A stretch of 60,520 nucleotides of DNA from Macrostomum lignano (Eukaryota): contig NIVC01001442.1 in assembly GCA_002269645.1 (NCBI GenBank), positions 1 to 60,520 on the forward strand, given 5' to 3'. Position numbers and translations under genes: made by a program. Each line of letters begins with the position of its first letter. Positions within the stretch are counted from its first letter, which is position 1. The notes under the pieces are model-generated. The model had not been told where the DNA came from and searched no databases. It worked only from the letters and a program-made list of their open reading frames with translations. Positions 38,501-49,648 of the stretch are shown here, in pieces.

Positions 38501-40792
38501 GATGTGTCTGTAGGTTAGGTGGACCAGCTACTCCACAGCACTTCTAGGCGATAATCTGAGCCAGGAATCTCCGAGAGCCTCTCGTTACACATCCAGATGT
38601 TCTGCCTTGATGCTGGACTAGCTCACTTTCTAAGAATCTGTTCTGATTGCATTCTAACAAACTGAAGCATTTTCTGCACTAAACTTTCTCGGCGGCTCTG
38701 AGAGCCAGAGCCTAAACAGACAGAGAAATCTGTTCGAGTTGTGTCTGTAGGTTAGGTGGACCAGCTACTCCACAGCACTTCTAGGCGATAATCTGAGCCA
38801 GGAGTCTCCAAGAGACTTTCGTTACACATCCAGATGTTCTGCCTTGATGCTGGACTAGCTCACTTTCTAGGAATCTGTTCTGATTGCATTCTAACAAACT
38901 GAAGCATTTTCTGCACTAAACTTTCTCGGCGGCTCTGAGAGCCAGAGCCCTAAACAGACAGAGAAATCTGTTCGAGTTGTGTCTGTAGGTTATGTGGACC
39001 ACCTTCTGAGAGCCAAAGCCTCAAACAGACTGAGAGAGCTGCTTCAGTTGTGTCTGTAGGTTAGGTGGACCAGCTTCTCTACAGCAATTGAGTTGCAGGC
39101 CTTGCAGCTAGCTACTTTGAGATCATCAAACGAAACTCACTTTTCTGGTCTCGGTGTCGACGGATTTGCGAGCAGACTGATGATTTTTACCAGGCGATGC
39201 GGCTTCTTCGATTTCGCAGTGGCTTTTTGCGACGGTGATTTTAAGTTTTTATTTTAGGCTTGGCGTCCTTTTTTGCGGGTCATCATATTTTGGTTGTAGA
39301 TTACAGTTTTTGGCACAATAAATTTATATATGGATGAAACTTGGAGTAAGGATTAACATTAGACCTAATAAGTATAAAAAAACCGTTCTAATTTATACAA
39401 TTGCAATCCTTTAGAGATGTATAGTATGGATTATAAGTACTTTCTTTTAAACTGTCTGTGTCTGGTCTCACTACGCCATGGTTTACGTGGACCACCCGCT
39501 TAGACATTATATATCCCTCTCTCCACTGTCTTACCTTCAGAACGCTTGCGGGTTTCCTATTGGCTGCGGTCGGTCCCATTGTTGGGGTGGATCTATCCTC
39601 CTAAGTGTTAACCAGCCAATTATAGAAAGGGAGGTCTGTCTGTCTGTCTGTTCCAACCCTATAATCCTGCACATGTGTTTACGTGGACCAAACAGACAGT
39701 GAGTGTTAGGCTGACTGTTAATGCGTTCTTAGTTTTACTGGGACCGCAATCAAGTCGACCTTTTGCTAGAGAGTCAGAGACCCGATCGCTAGCTAAAAGG
39801 CCCTTCTTAATTGCGCCCTGTTGATCAAATCTTTTGCATGTACGTGTATGAATTGTCCTTTTCACTTAGGTAAATTGCATCTTCAACTTTGCACTTGAAA
39901 GGCTGCAGCTTAGGATCTTCTTCTTCCAACATTGGAGGAGGATAGAACAGGATATCCCATAGTGTTTAGTATAGAATTGGCAAGCACTTAATTCATGAAG
40001 TTGCTATTTTCTTCTTGTGTAATGGTAGAGCCTCAGAAATTCGCATTTACACAGTGTGGCTATCAAGGACCACTGGGAGTTCTTGAGAAGTCATTGAAGA
40101 ATACTATTTAGGCTTCACTTAAATATCTTTCTTGTCTCGGAGTCTTTATCGTTTGATCTGGTTCGCGAATTGGATTTCTTTACGTTGGTGTCTTACTCTG
40201 TGAGTCTGTGCTCAGGGTACGATACCGAAATTGCTGGAACTGAGCTAATCAAATTCATTTCGCATACGAGGTTTCAGAATTTTAAATTAACCTGCGTACC
40301 TACTTGAATGTCAAAGAACTGAACGCATATTGTTTTAAAGCCAGTAGCGGTCATAATATGATGCTAACATAGCCCTTTGTTCGTAAGGTAATGATCTGTA
40401 AAAAAATCAGTTTTGCATTGAATCTATGCTTAATAACTGCTATACACAAACAGACACAAACAGACACAAACAGACACAAACAGACGATTTTCGAAAAATT
40501 TTCTAAAATTTTTCGGTTTACGTGGACCAGACTCGCTCGGTTTAGGTAGACCAGGCTGGAGGTCCAGCTAAACTGAAATGCAAATAACTTTGGAAAAAAC
40601 CATGCTAGACATCCCAAAATTGCTTAAGCCTTTCTTGACCCGCCTGATATTAATGTGAGATCCTCATCAACGTCTTAACCCCACCAGAGACAAAATTATT
40701 TGGTGGTCCACCTAAGTGGTCTACCTACACCGGGTGGTCCAGCTAACGAGGCTACTGAACTTCCAAAAAGTCCACGTAAACACACAGACAGT
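32567..40792. mobile_element. Putative 8.2-kb non-autonomous TIR element carrying a satellite array
   Basis: Left end ACTGTCTGTGTGTTTAGCGGGAC (32567-32589) and the reverse complement of the right end ACTGTCTGTGTGTTTACGTGGAC (40770-40792) match at 20 of 23 positions. GTGGACCA-type motifs lie near both ends. No transposase or TSD was recognised. Confidence 0.4.
33640..39085. repeat. Complex satellite: 20 long (about 238 bp) units plus 5 pairs of short (about 70 bp) units
   Basis: Unit starts were counted at GAGCCAGAGCC (33765, 34003, 34241, 34483, 34859 and so on up to 38702). Confidence 0.97.
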
Positions 40793-40795
40793 AGA

Positions 40796-41025
<230 letters not shown>

Positions 41026-42366
41026 CCCCAAAAAGCAGACAGGAACAGGAAAGCAGGCATCGGAACTGCCGAGTGCAGTCACCTAAATTACCCTCGCAGC
41101 CATTTGTATCGCATGGGAACGCGCAGAGCAAGTGCTGTTGCATGGCAATTTTAAAGAGTAAAAAATGGCAAATTTGCACAGCAATTTGCGATACGCCACA
41201 TCTGCTGCTGGAAGCAAAATTTGCTAAATCAACACCCACAGCCGGTCACGCGACGCCCGGCATGCCGCAGAAGTTGCCAATCAAATCGCATGCAGATATT
41301 GCGAGCTTCAGAGCCTTAAGCTGCTGCATCACTCATGCACGGGGCGTGATTTTTTTAAAGTGGATTTGATTTTTTACTGCCCGAATCCGAATCTTTGCGC
41401 CAAGTGGCTCGATGCATCTCTCTCTCTCTCACAGCAGCAGCAGCGGGCGAATGCGTTCCAGAATCCTCAATCCTCATCATCTTCATCATGGCCCTATCAT
41501 CGCAGGCTCGGGAGCTACTGGTGCATTTGTCAGGTAATACGCAATCAGCCTGTGCTATACCATCAGCTATCCCAGGCTCCCATGGCAGATCATCTTGCTT
41601 TGCCTAATCCCTAAAATTTGCCAGGTTCAGCTGGGCAGGCGTATAAACTATTGCCCCAGTGGATGAGGCTGCAGCAAAAATATTTGTCAGCAGCCCCCCT
41701 CGCCTCCCCGTGAGCGCGAGGGACTGAAACTGCAGCAGTTGTTTCCCCCCCCCCCGCGATGCTGTGCAGTTTGCATGGAATCCTTTTCTTCTCCTAATAA
41801 TCCCCCCCCAATTCAGTCAGTGGCCCGCAGGCAATATACTTGCAAAACACTTGGCTAGCAGAGACAGAGAACCCACGGTGCATCAATTAAGCAGTTAACT
41901 AATGCATGCAGGGGGTCGCAATATCCGGGTTTGAAGGCCTTGCTTGCAGCAGATGTGCAACAAGCGATCTGTACAGAGAACAGAGACAGAACGCTTTTTT
42001 GGCGGCGCTCGCGTTGGCGGACAAATATTTAGAATACCGTCAAGAGTAATTATAGCAGTCCCTAGCACTGGCGGAGTGCCGAAGCTGCAGTTTCTGCCTA
42101 ATAAAGCGGTTCATCAATTTTTATGAGTTTTGGAATGCATGCTAGTAAATGGCTTTTTTTACTCGGAGTTCAAGACCAAGACAATTATTTTCCAACGCTC
42201 CTGTTGTTAGTAGAGTATGCAGTAAACTGCAGAAAGTGGACACAAAGTATAAAATAATGTTTATTCGTGAAATAACGACGCTGTGACAAAAAAAAATTAT
42301 TATTTTCTGTTACGATATGCAAAAATGTCGGAAAATTATAACGAGAGCTGGATAAAGACAATTCCT

Positions 42367-42372
42367 AAAAAA
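42367..42372 (-). terminator. RNA polymerase III terminator (T6)
   Basis: TTTTTT on the - strand 2 nt after the tRNA discriminator base. Confidence 0.8.
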
Positions 42373-42374
42373 TT

Positions 42375-42445
42375 TGCATCGGCCGGGAATCGAACCCGGG
42401 CCGCCCGCGTGGCAGGCGAGCATTCTACCACTGAACCACCGATGC
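42375..42445 (-). tRNA. tRNA-Gly-GCC: tRNA-Gly (anticodon GCC), intronless
   Basis: The - strand reads GCATCGGTGGTTCAGTGGTAGAATGCTCGCCTGCCACGCGGGCGGCCCGGGTTCGATTCCCGGCCGATGCA: 7-bp acceptor stem, A box, CT-GCC-AC loop and GGTTCGATTCC B box. Confidence 0.97.
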
Positions 42446-42846
42446 CTGGCATAGTTAAACAAAGGAGAACAATTTATTCCAAGGTGTCGTTTCGGTCTTT
42501 TTTTACGATAATTTTATTGAATTTGTGTCATCATGAGAGTTGACTTTTGGGTGATTTGACGTGGCATTGTGGCAAACATGCCACATAACATGACATGACG
42601 CATGGAAAATGCGTGTGGAAAATCTATGGCGAAAAAAGCTTAAAAGCATAACAAAAGGATGAGTTGTCTGTTTTTGGTCAAGATACGTAATTGTAAACTT
42701 TTAAAGTCAAATGTGAAGCGCCGCTCTATACATCACTTCCATTCTGGAGCTTTAAGTTGAAAAATGAGATCCCTCTTCATTGCATATTTTCCCACAGGTC
42801 TAGCTAGCGAGACACAAGCAGATAGGATTTCAATCGCTAATTACAG

Positions 42847-43270
42847 CAGGGGTCGGCATCGGCACACATTTTTACCTCAATGGCCAGACCCAGATAGAGA
42901 ATCCAGCTCATGGCTGCGGGCCTGATGAAAGTGGAAAGGAAAGGGAATTAATCGTAGATGAGAGATGACTGATGATAGAAGAAAGAAGCGGGAGATAGGA
43001 GGAGAAAAAAATTTAAAGAGGAGAGAATTAGAGACGAGAGAGGGGAGAGCGGAGAGGGGATCGAGGGGTTAGGGGAGAGAGGAGAGAGATAATAGAGAGA
43101 ATTTAAAAGGGGAAAGAAGAGAGAGAAGCTCGAAGAGAAGAGAGCTGAGAAAAGATAAAAATCTTGAGCGGGTCAGATTGCTTATATTCTATTCTATATT
43201 ATATTCTAAAGTTTTAAAGGACCCGAGAGCCGGATAGAGAGGCTTCGAGGGCCGCATGTGGCGACCCCTG
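42847..43270. mobile_element. hAT-like non-autonomous element remnant
   Basis: Inverted ends CAGGGGTCG / CGACCCCTG and a subterminal GGGCCGCATGTGG, recalled as typical of hAT/Charlie-type MITEs. Purine-rich interior. No 8-bp TSD was seen. Confidence 0.45.
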
Positions 43271-44043
43271 CACTAGGGGACCCGAAAGCAAAAGCGCCGC
43301 TCTGGTACATGTGATGTTTCCATTTTGGTACCAAGTTGTTAACATCCCGCGTAATGCTCATATTTATAATATAAGATTTCGTTTAATTTCCAGCATTCTT
43401 GAGTAATGAACAAACAAAAAATATCAATAAGTAACCATCTGATTCAGATGCAAGAGCTATAAAAAAACGTAAGTAAAAACATTACTTAACATTGTATCAG
43501 AAACATACTCCCATTTATCTGTCTGTGGTGACGCAATATGTTTATTATGCACTTAGCAGAAATTTAAAAGTTAACTTTCGCAAAAGCCAATTTAATTGAT
43601 TATTTTGTACACGCACGCTTTCGGTCAAATTAGGCTAGCTACATGTAGACGAAGTAACCTTACATATATAACTGATAATATAGTGTTTATCTGATATAAA
43701 GGTTGTGGGTTCTTGTGTTTGAACAGAATAATTGAGATGTCAAAAATAATTTATTTCATAAAATGGAGACAAGTTTCAATGGTGATATCTACCAAAACTG
43801 GTACATTAAGCTGACTGTCATCCAAAAGAATGCCAAGATTTTTTCTAACTCTAGGCATTACCAAAAGTAGTGTGTCATAGCTTACACTAGTAGAAATTTT
43901 GCCTAAGATAATTTTTAGCTTTCAAATCTATAGGTGTCTATTTTCTAAATGATTATTAATTCTTGTAAAGTATAGAGCTTTGTTACCTTTATTTGCTATT
44001 TGAAAAAATTAACAATACAGTATAAGTTAATAGCATTGACTAT

Positions 44044-44270
44044 GGGCCTTTTCATATTGCTTGCTCTGGTTCCAGAACCAGAACCAATTTGTGAAGTATA
44101 ACTTTTTGTCTCCATAACTAGAGGGAGATATGTGCTATAAAGTTTTTATTATTGAATGACAATCGCCAAGAAGAAAGTGAAAAATTGTGCAGAGTTTAAT
44201 AGTTATACTGCTGTTTTTCTTGGAATTCCGAACCAATTCTGGTTCTGGAATTGGTAATATGAAAAGGCCC
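44044..44270. mobile_element. 227-bp MITE, PIF/Harbinger (Tourist)-like
   Basis: Perfect 15-bp TIR GGGCCTTTTCATATT, further subterminal inverted TTCCAGAACCAGAA, and a 3-bp direct flank TAT on both sides. Confidence 0.75.
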
Positions 44271-45289
44271 TATTTTGTAGATTGCTTTAGATTGAGATTT
44301 CTTTAGCTTAAAATTACTCAGAAAAAAAGGTTATTAGTTAGTTTTTATTGTATATAATTTCTAGGTTTGTATAAATTTAAAATAAATTTGTATAATAATC
44401 ACAAAAATTTAATATTATATATAATTAAACTGATTTTATAGAAATCTTAAAGTATCAGCTTTTGGTAATATATATATATATATAATATATATTTCTAATT
44501 CTATACAAATATTATATAAACTATAGAGCCTTGTGTATTATCAATAGAAATAGCCAAGTAAATTGCTAGGTTGTGGCTGTGCCTGAGTATAAATTTACAT
44601 TTTTAACATATAAACCTAGATTTGTGCTTTTAAGTTTTATGCTTTGCTCAATTTTATTGTCATTTAAATTTAAAATATAGCTAAAATTATATTCTTTTTT
44701 CAAGTTTAAAGGTAATAATATATAATGCATTTCTATTGTAGATTCTTATTGTAATTTGCTTACTTAAAAATTTTTATTAAGGTAATAATCAAAGCAAAAC
44801 AAGTTTAGGAGAATATTTTTCATTATAATTTATAAAGCTTTTAACATAATGATTATTTTCAATATCAGAATAGTCTTACCAAATATATTAAGCTTCATAT
44901 TTGTCTTTTTAAATGAGAAAAGACATTTTTCAAGCTGTAAAATCAGTTCCAAAAATTAGCAGCAAACTTAGTTACTAATTTTGGCTGCACCTAGCTGCAG
45001 AATCAAATTAAAACAAAAACAAAAAAATGACTAGTTATTAAATACTAAATATTGTTTTAGTTATTATTAAGTTTTAGTAATATTATTATATACTTGAATA
45101 TTTACACAATGTTGTACATGTATAAAATTTATAGAATAGGTTATCATAGTTATTTCTAAATAATTAATTGCATTAAGCAAATGTCAAATTTGAATAATAT
45201 GTAAGATATGGAGTGTGGAGCTCTTTAAAATTCTATAAGTCAATATAGAAATACAATATAAAAAATAATCCAAAGAGTAGTCTTATCAG

Positions 45290-46550
45290 TATCTTAGCTT
45301 GCATCCTTGTCAAAATTGATATGTTAATTTTGTGTTGTTTGTCTATCTGTCTGTCTGTCTATTATTGAATTTTTCAAGAACCATCTGGCCAATTTTTTTC
45401 AAACTAGCTTTAAAAATTCCTATTTTTTCAAGGATCACACTAAACTTTTTGATGAAAAATTCAAATAGAAAGTGGGTCAAATATTTAAAAAACAATTTTT
45501 AATGTTTTCTTTCAATGGGTGCTCTGTTTCTAAATTTAATTGCTTAGTTCAACCATTAAGGCCTCTCCTTGGCCAATGTACAGTGTAGGATATATAATCA
45601 CAATAAAGCTAAAAGAGTTCTATGACCCTTTGTGCGACAGGCTTGCAGTTTGTAGGGTTGGTTGAATTTAATTATTGTTTACCAAATAGTCTAATAGACA
45701 ACTGATGAAAAATTATGCATAGGAGGGAGGGAGGTTAAAAAGCTGGCTTGAAATTTATCAACCCCTTAAATTGCTATAATCTTGTTTGTCTTATTTCATG
45801 AATACAACACCAGGTGGCCCAGTTGTAGATAAGGACAGTCAATAGCTAATGCACCAATTAATTTAGATTCATTTGGAAAATTGGTATATAAAGTTTATCT
45901 ATATTTATAGCAATTGTTAATGAATCAAATATTTGAAAAACAAAGCTTTTAATGCTTTCAATGTTTCAATTTTTATTTTAAATGCCCACTACTAGGGGCT
46001 TAGTTTCAAAATGTGCTTATATATATTCAGCAACATTGAAAATTTTCCATCACACAAGATTTTGTCTGTGGTCAGTACTTTTTAAAGTGCAGGTAAAGTC
46101 TTTTCATCTTTGCAAGTGACGCAATTTGCTCCATTGCGGCAGGCTTAAGTTGAGGCATGAAGTAGGGGGGGGGGTTGCAGTGTGGGAGGGTTTGTTAGAT
46201 GGATTAAAGCTACCCAATCAGTTTTCTTGTATCTTTTTTTCAGAATAGTCCAAGAGAAACTGCTCATTGGCGCATAGAGTGGCAACTTTTCAATGTTGCT
46301 AAGCATATATAAAATTTTGAACAATGAAAAAATTGATTTGGAAAAGGGTCAAATATTCAAATAACAATTTTTTCATGCTTTCAATTTTTTAATTTTGAGT
46401 TTTAATGCCCCATAAGGGCTTAGTGCACTAGTTTAATTTATGCACAAAATTGCTGCTAGGGATCCTCTTTAGTATCCAACCCTTTACTAAAGAGGGTCAT
46501 TGTATGGGCCATTATAGACCAAATACAAGGGGTGTTCTATAAGCCCCTTT
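45290..46550 (+). mobile_element. Possible Helentron/DINE-1-like non-autonomous element with degenerate internal repeats
   Basis: Short (TCTG)n followed by TTCAAGAACCATCTGGCCAATTTTTTTCAAACT, which resembles recalled invertebrate Helentron core text. GTCAAATATT...AACAA blocks recur near 45475, 45925 and 46350. An AAGGGG..CCCCTT hairpin (46527-46549) is followed by a T-run. Confidence 0.35.
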
Positions 46551-47115
46551 ATTTTTTAATATAACTTAGGCTATAGAAGTCTGATTACAAAGCAGTTTTT
46601 AAAAGCTAGTAGAACTTTTATATATGCTTTGTATTAGTTGATACAATTATTTCAAAATTCTTATTTCAAAATTCTTATTTTATGCAAAATGCAAAATGTT
46701 TTATAGTAAGTGTTTGCCATAAAACTATGCAGACCAATTACAGGAATGCTGCCATGCCTCAGTGCTGCAGATGTTCATAGTTAAATTCATTTAGTTTTAT
46801 GCAGAAATTTAATGTAATATAATATAACTTTAATAGAACTTGGTATCAAAAAAGCATTAATAAAAGTACTAGCATTAATAAAAAACTGCTTTGCAATCAA
46901 ACCTCTACAGCCTGAGCTATACTCAATAGAAAAAGGACTTAGAGAACAGCACTTGTACCTTTGAATGACCTCAAATATGTTGAATTTTGGGCATGCATTA
47001 AAATCTACTGGCAAAAGCATCACTACCCACTGGATACCCCTTTTAGAATTGGATGTTGGCCAGTTGGCATCCCAGTTTTTTATGGCATTCCATTATTAAT
47101 TCCAGATTGGCTGCA

Positions 47116-47698
47116 ATGCAAGTCGGCACAGCTCATTCAGATCCCAATCCGAATCACGTCTACTTCAATTCTCGCGGGATCTGGGCCACTTATGTGATCT
47201 TCATCTTCATTACACACTTCATCGTGCTGTCAATCCCCTTCATCAGCATGGCGTTGGCCTGGACTCTCACTTGCCAGATTCACAATGTCATTACATACTT
47301 CTGGCTGCACTGGGAGAAGGGCGCCCCGTTTGAGCCGCTGGACCAGGGCGAGAGTCGAACCCTGACCCACTGGGAGCAGCTGGACGATGGCGTGCAGTTT
47401 ACCGCCAATAAAAAGTTTCTGCTCGTAGTGCCGATTGTGATGTGAGTGCTTTCAGATTGATACGGCTGCTTACTAACTAGTAGTATCAGTCAGATTTGAC
47501 CCAACAATCTATCTCGCAAAACTGATTGACAGCCACCCTCCTGCACACCCTCCTTGCAGCTTCCTATTGACAACATTCTACACTCGGTATGACCAGATCC
47601 ACTTTTTAGTGAACGCTCTGTCCCTGGTGCTGCTGGCCATTGTGCCCAAGCTGCCGCAACTGTACCGGGTTCGCATATTCGGCATCAACAAGTGGTAG
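47116..47698 (+). CDS. ORMDL: ORM1-like (ORMDL) serine palmitoyltransferase regulator, 154 aa, exons 47116-47441 and 47560-47698
   Basis: [52 protein letters not shown]|[33 protein letters not shown] closely follows the recalled ORMDL sequence. A 118-nt GTGAGT...TTGCAG intron joins the frame (465 nt total). Confidence 0.97.
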
Positions 47699-49137
47699 CC
47701 TCAGCTGCTGAGGTCCAAGTTTAAATTGATCATCGCATTGACTTTGAAGATGGCCAGAATCAAGTGCTAGCGCAGATTGCCAAGAAGGTGCACAACTTGT
47801 ACTTTATTCCATTTAGATTGGATTGGAATAATTACATTATCGCATTACACGTGCCTGCTTGTATGACTTGTAATCTAACTTTTTTAAACTGTAAATTTTC
47901 TTTTTCATCCAATACTAGCTTTAGTTGCACTACTATATACTACTAGGTACAGAGAGTAGTAGCATATTTGTATAATTCCAGATCAGGCTAGTGCGTGAAT
48001 TTCACTGCGGCCGCACTCTGCTTGAGCCACTGTTTAAAAAATGTGTTTTCATTAACTAATCGACAGCAAGGTTTTTCACTGTTCTTTTTATTAAATATTT
48101 TCTGGCCTTTAAACTTTCGTATCGAAAATTTCCGCATTCGGCAGTTAAAAATATACGCAAGAAATTAACTTTCTCCTCTGCTTGTCAAACAGGCCCTCTT
48201 GGAAAGCAAGCAGGGATTAAGGTTCAGCAACAATTGATTATTCGATAAGTTTATAATTATACTAATCGTTATAGTAGGATAATAAATAATATAGACGTGC
48301 GAATGGGATGGGAACAAAGGTATTAACTAACGCTGGATTAACGGGGTCTGCAAAATGGAATGAATGCGTCACAGCCTGTCTGCCTCGCTAGGAACAAATA
48401 GTTGGTGCTTGGCTTGCATTCTTCAGTGTTGGAGAAGGCAAACCCGATAGCAGCAATAAGACAAGTCAGTAAAAAAGTTGTATAAAAAGAGCAATTAGAG
48501 TTTATTAAAAAGGAACGCACGCGATCGTAGATGTGTGATGAAAGTTGATAAGCAGCGCATTCAGCCTCCCATTTCCATATATGGAAGGTTGGCCAGTTTG
48601 TACGGGGAAATTGATAAAACAGTTTTTAAAGAGGCCTGATTTGGAATGTCGAAAACCTGACTTAAATAAAACAAGAATTGGAATGCACAGAATACTAAGT
48701 TAAAAATCAATATTGTTTTTGGAGGCTCCTCTAGATAATTATAACCAGGGTAGCTACAAATATTTAGTAAGTATATGTATAGATAAATAGCGATGCAACA
48801 AACACAGGGACAATGGGTCTGTACACATGGCAGCACACATTTTAATTAGAAGTCTCTGCTGCTGCTTACAAGCCAGAATAGTGAAGTACACGCAGAGCTG
48901 GTCGCTATTTACTAAGGCTATGAAAACTGTTATTGTCTCAATACACATCGAATAGGGATAGATATGCCAATTTTACTATCGCACTATCCCGAATATCTTA
49001 CTACTCGCGACAGCCGCCAATCTCATTAGTACGATTGATATAAGCAGCATAAAAATAGTGACAATGTAGACAAAACAATGTCAGTAAAGAAAAGCACACC
49101 AAATCGGAGGGGTCATTATTCACGTGAAAGTATTCTT

Positions 49138-49648
49138 TTAGCGCCAAATTAGCGCCACAAGGCCGAGCAGTAGCGCCACTGGCTGAGCCGCAAAGGCGCT
49201 GGCGCTGTTGGTTCCTAGGCCGCTCTGCAGATAGCAGCTCTGCCATTCGAGCGTCTCCAAGCGCTGAATAAATTGGTTGCCTAGCCAGGCCTTGTACGAC
49301 TGGTTAACAGACGGGATGTACACCAGTGACTGCGCGATGTCCTGGAACATGAGGTCGCTGCGATCAAAGCCGCTGTCGAACAATTGGAAATTGTTGCTAT
49401 TCCGATCGCTGGCGTAGAATGTCTGCGCGTATTTCAGCAGCTGCCACATTGTCTGCTTCTGTTCCTCGGTTTTGTAGGCACCGGTGACCAGGGTGTTGCC
49501 AGGTATGCGGCCCAGGTTGCAGTCCTGCCAGTCCTGCACCTCGCGGCGGCTGCCGTCGGCGCACAGAATCTCGTAGTCGTTGCTGCGCCGGTTACGGGCC
49601 CAGTGGGCCGGGTTGTGGCCAGCCGTGTTGTCGAACACCGTAGTGTGC
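49138..49648 (-). CDS. Transferrin-like last exon (end of C-lobe plus hydrophobic GPI-type signal)
   Basis: TTGCAG acceptor in phase 2; HTTVFDNT...YEILCADG...LFDS...DLMFQD...ALLLGLVALIWR*. Confidence 0.9.

Noticed and set aside
33640-39085. CRISPR-like alternation of a conserved head with longer segments
   Set aside because: The intervening segments are copies of each other, not unique spacers; there are no cas genes and the context is eukaryotic.
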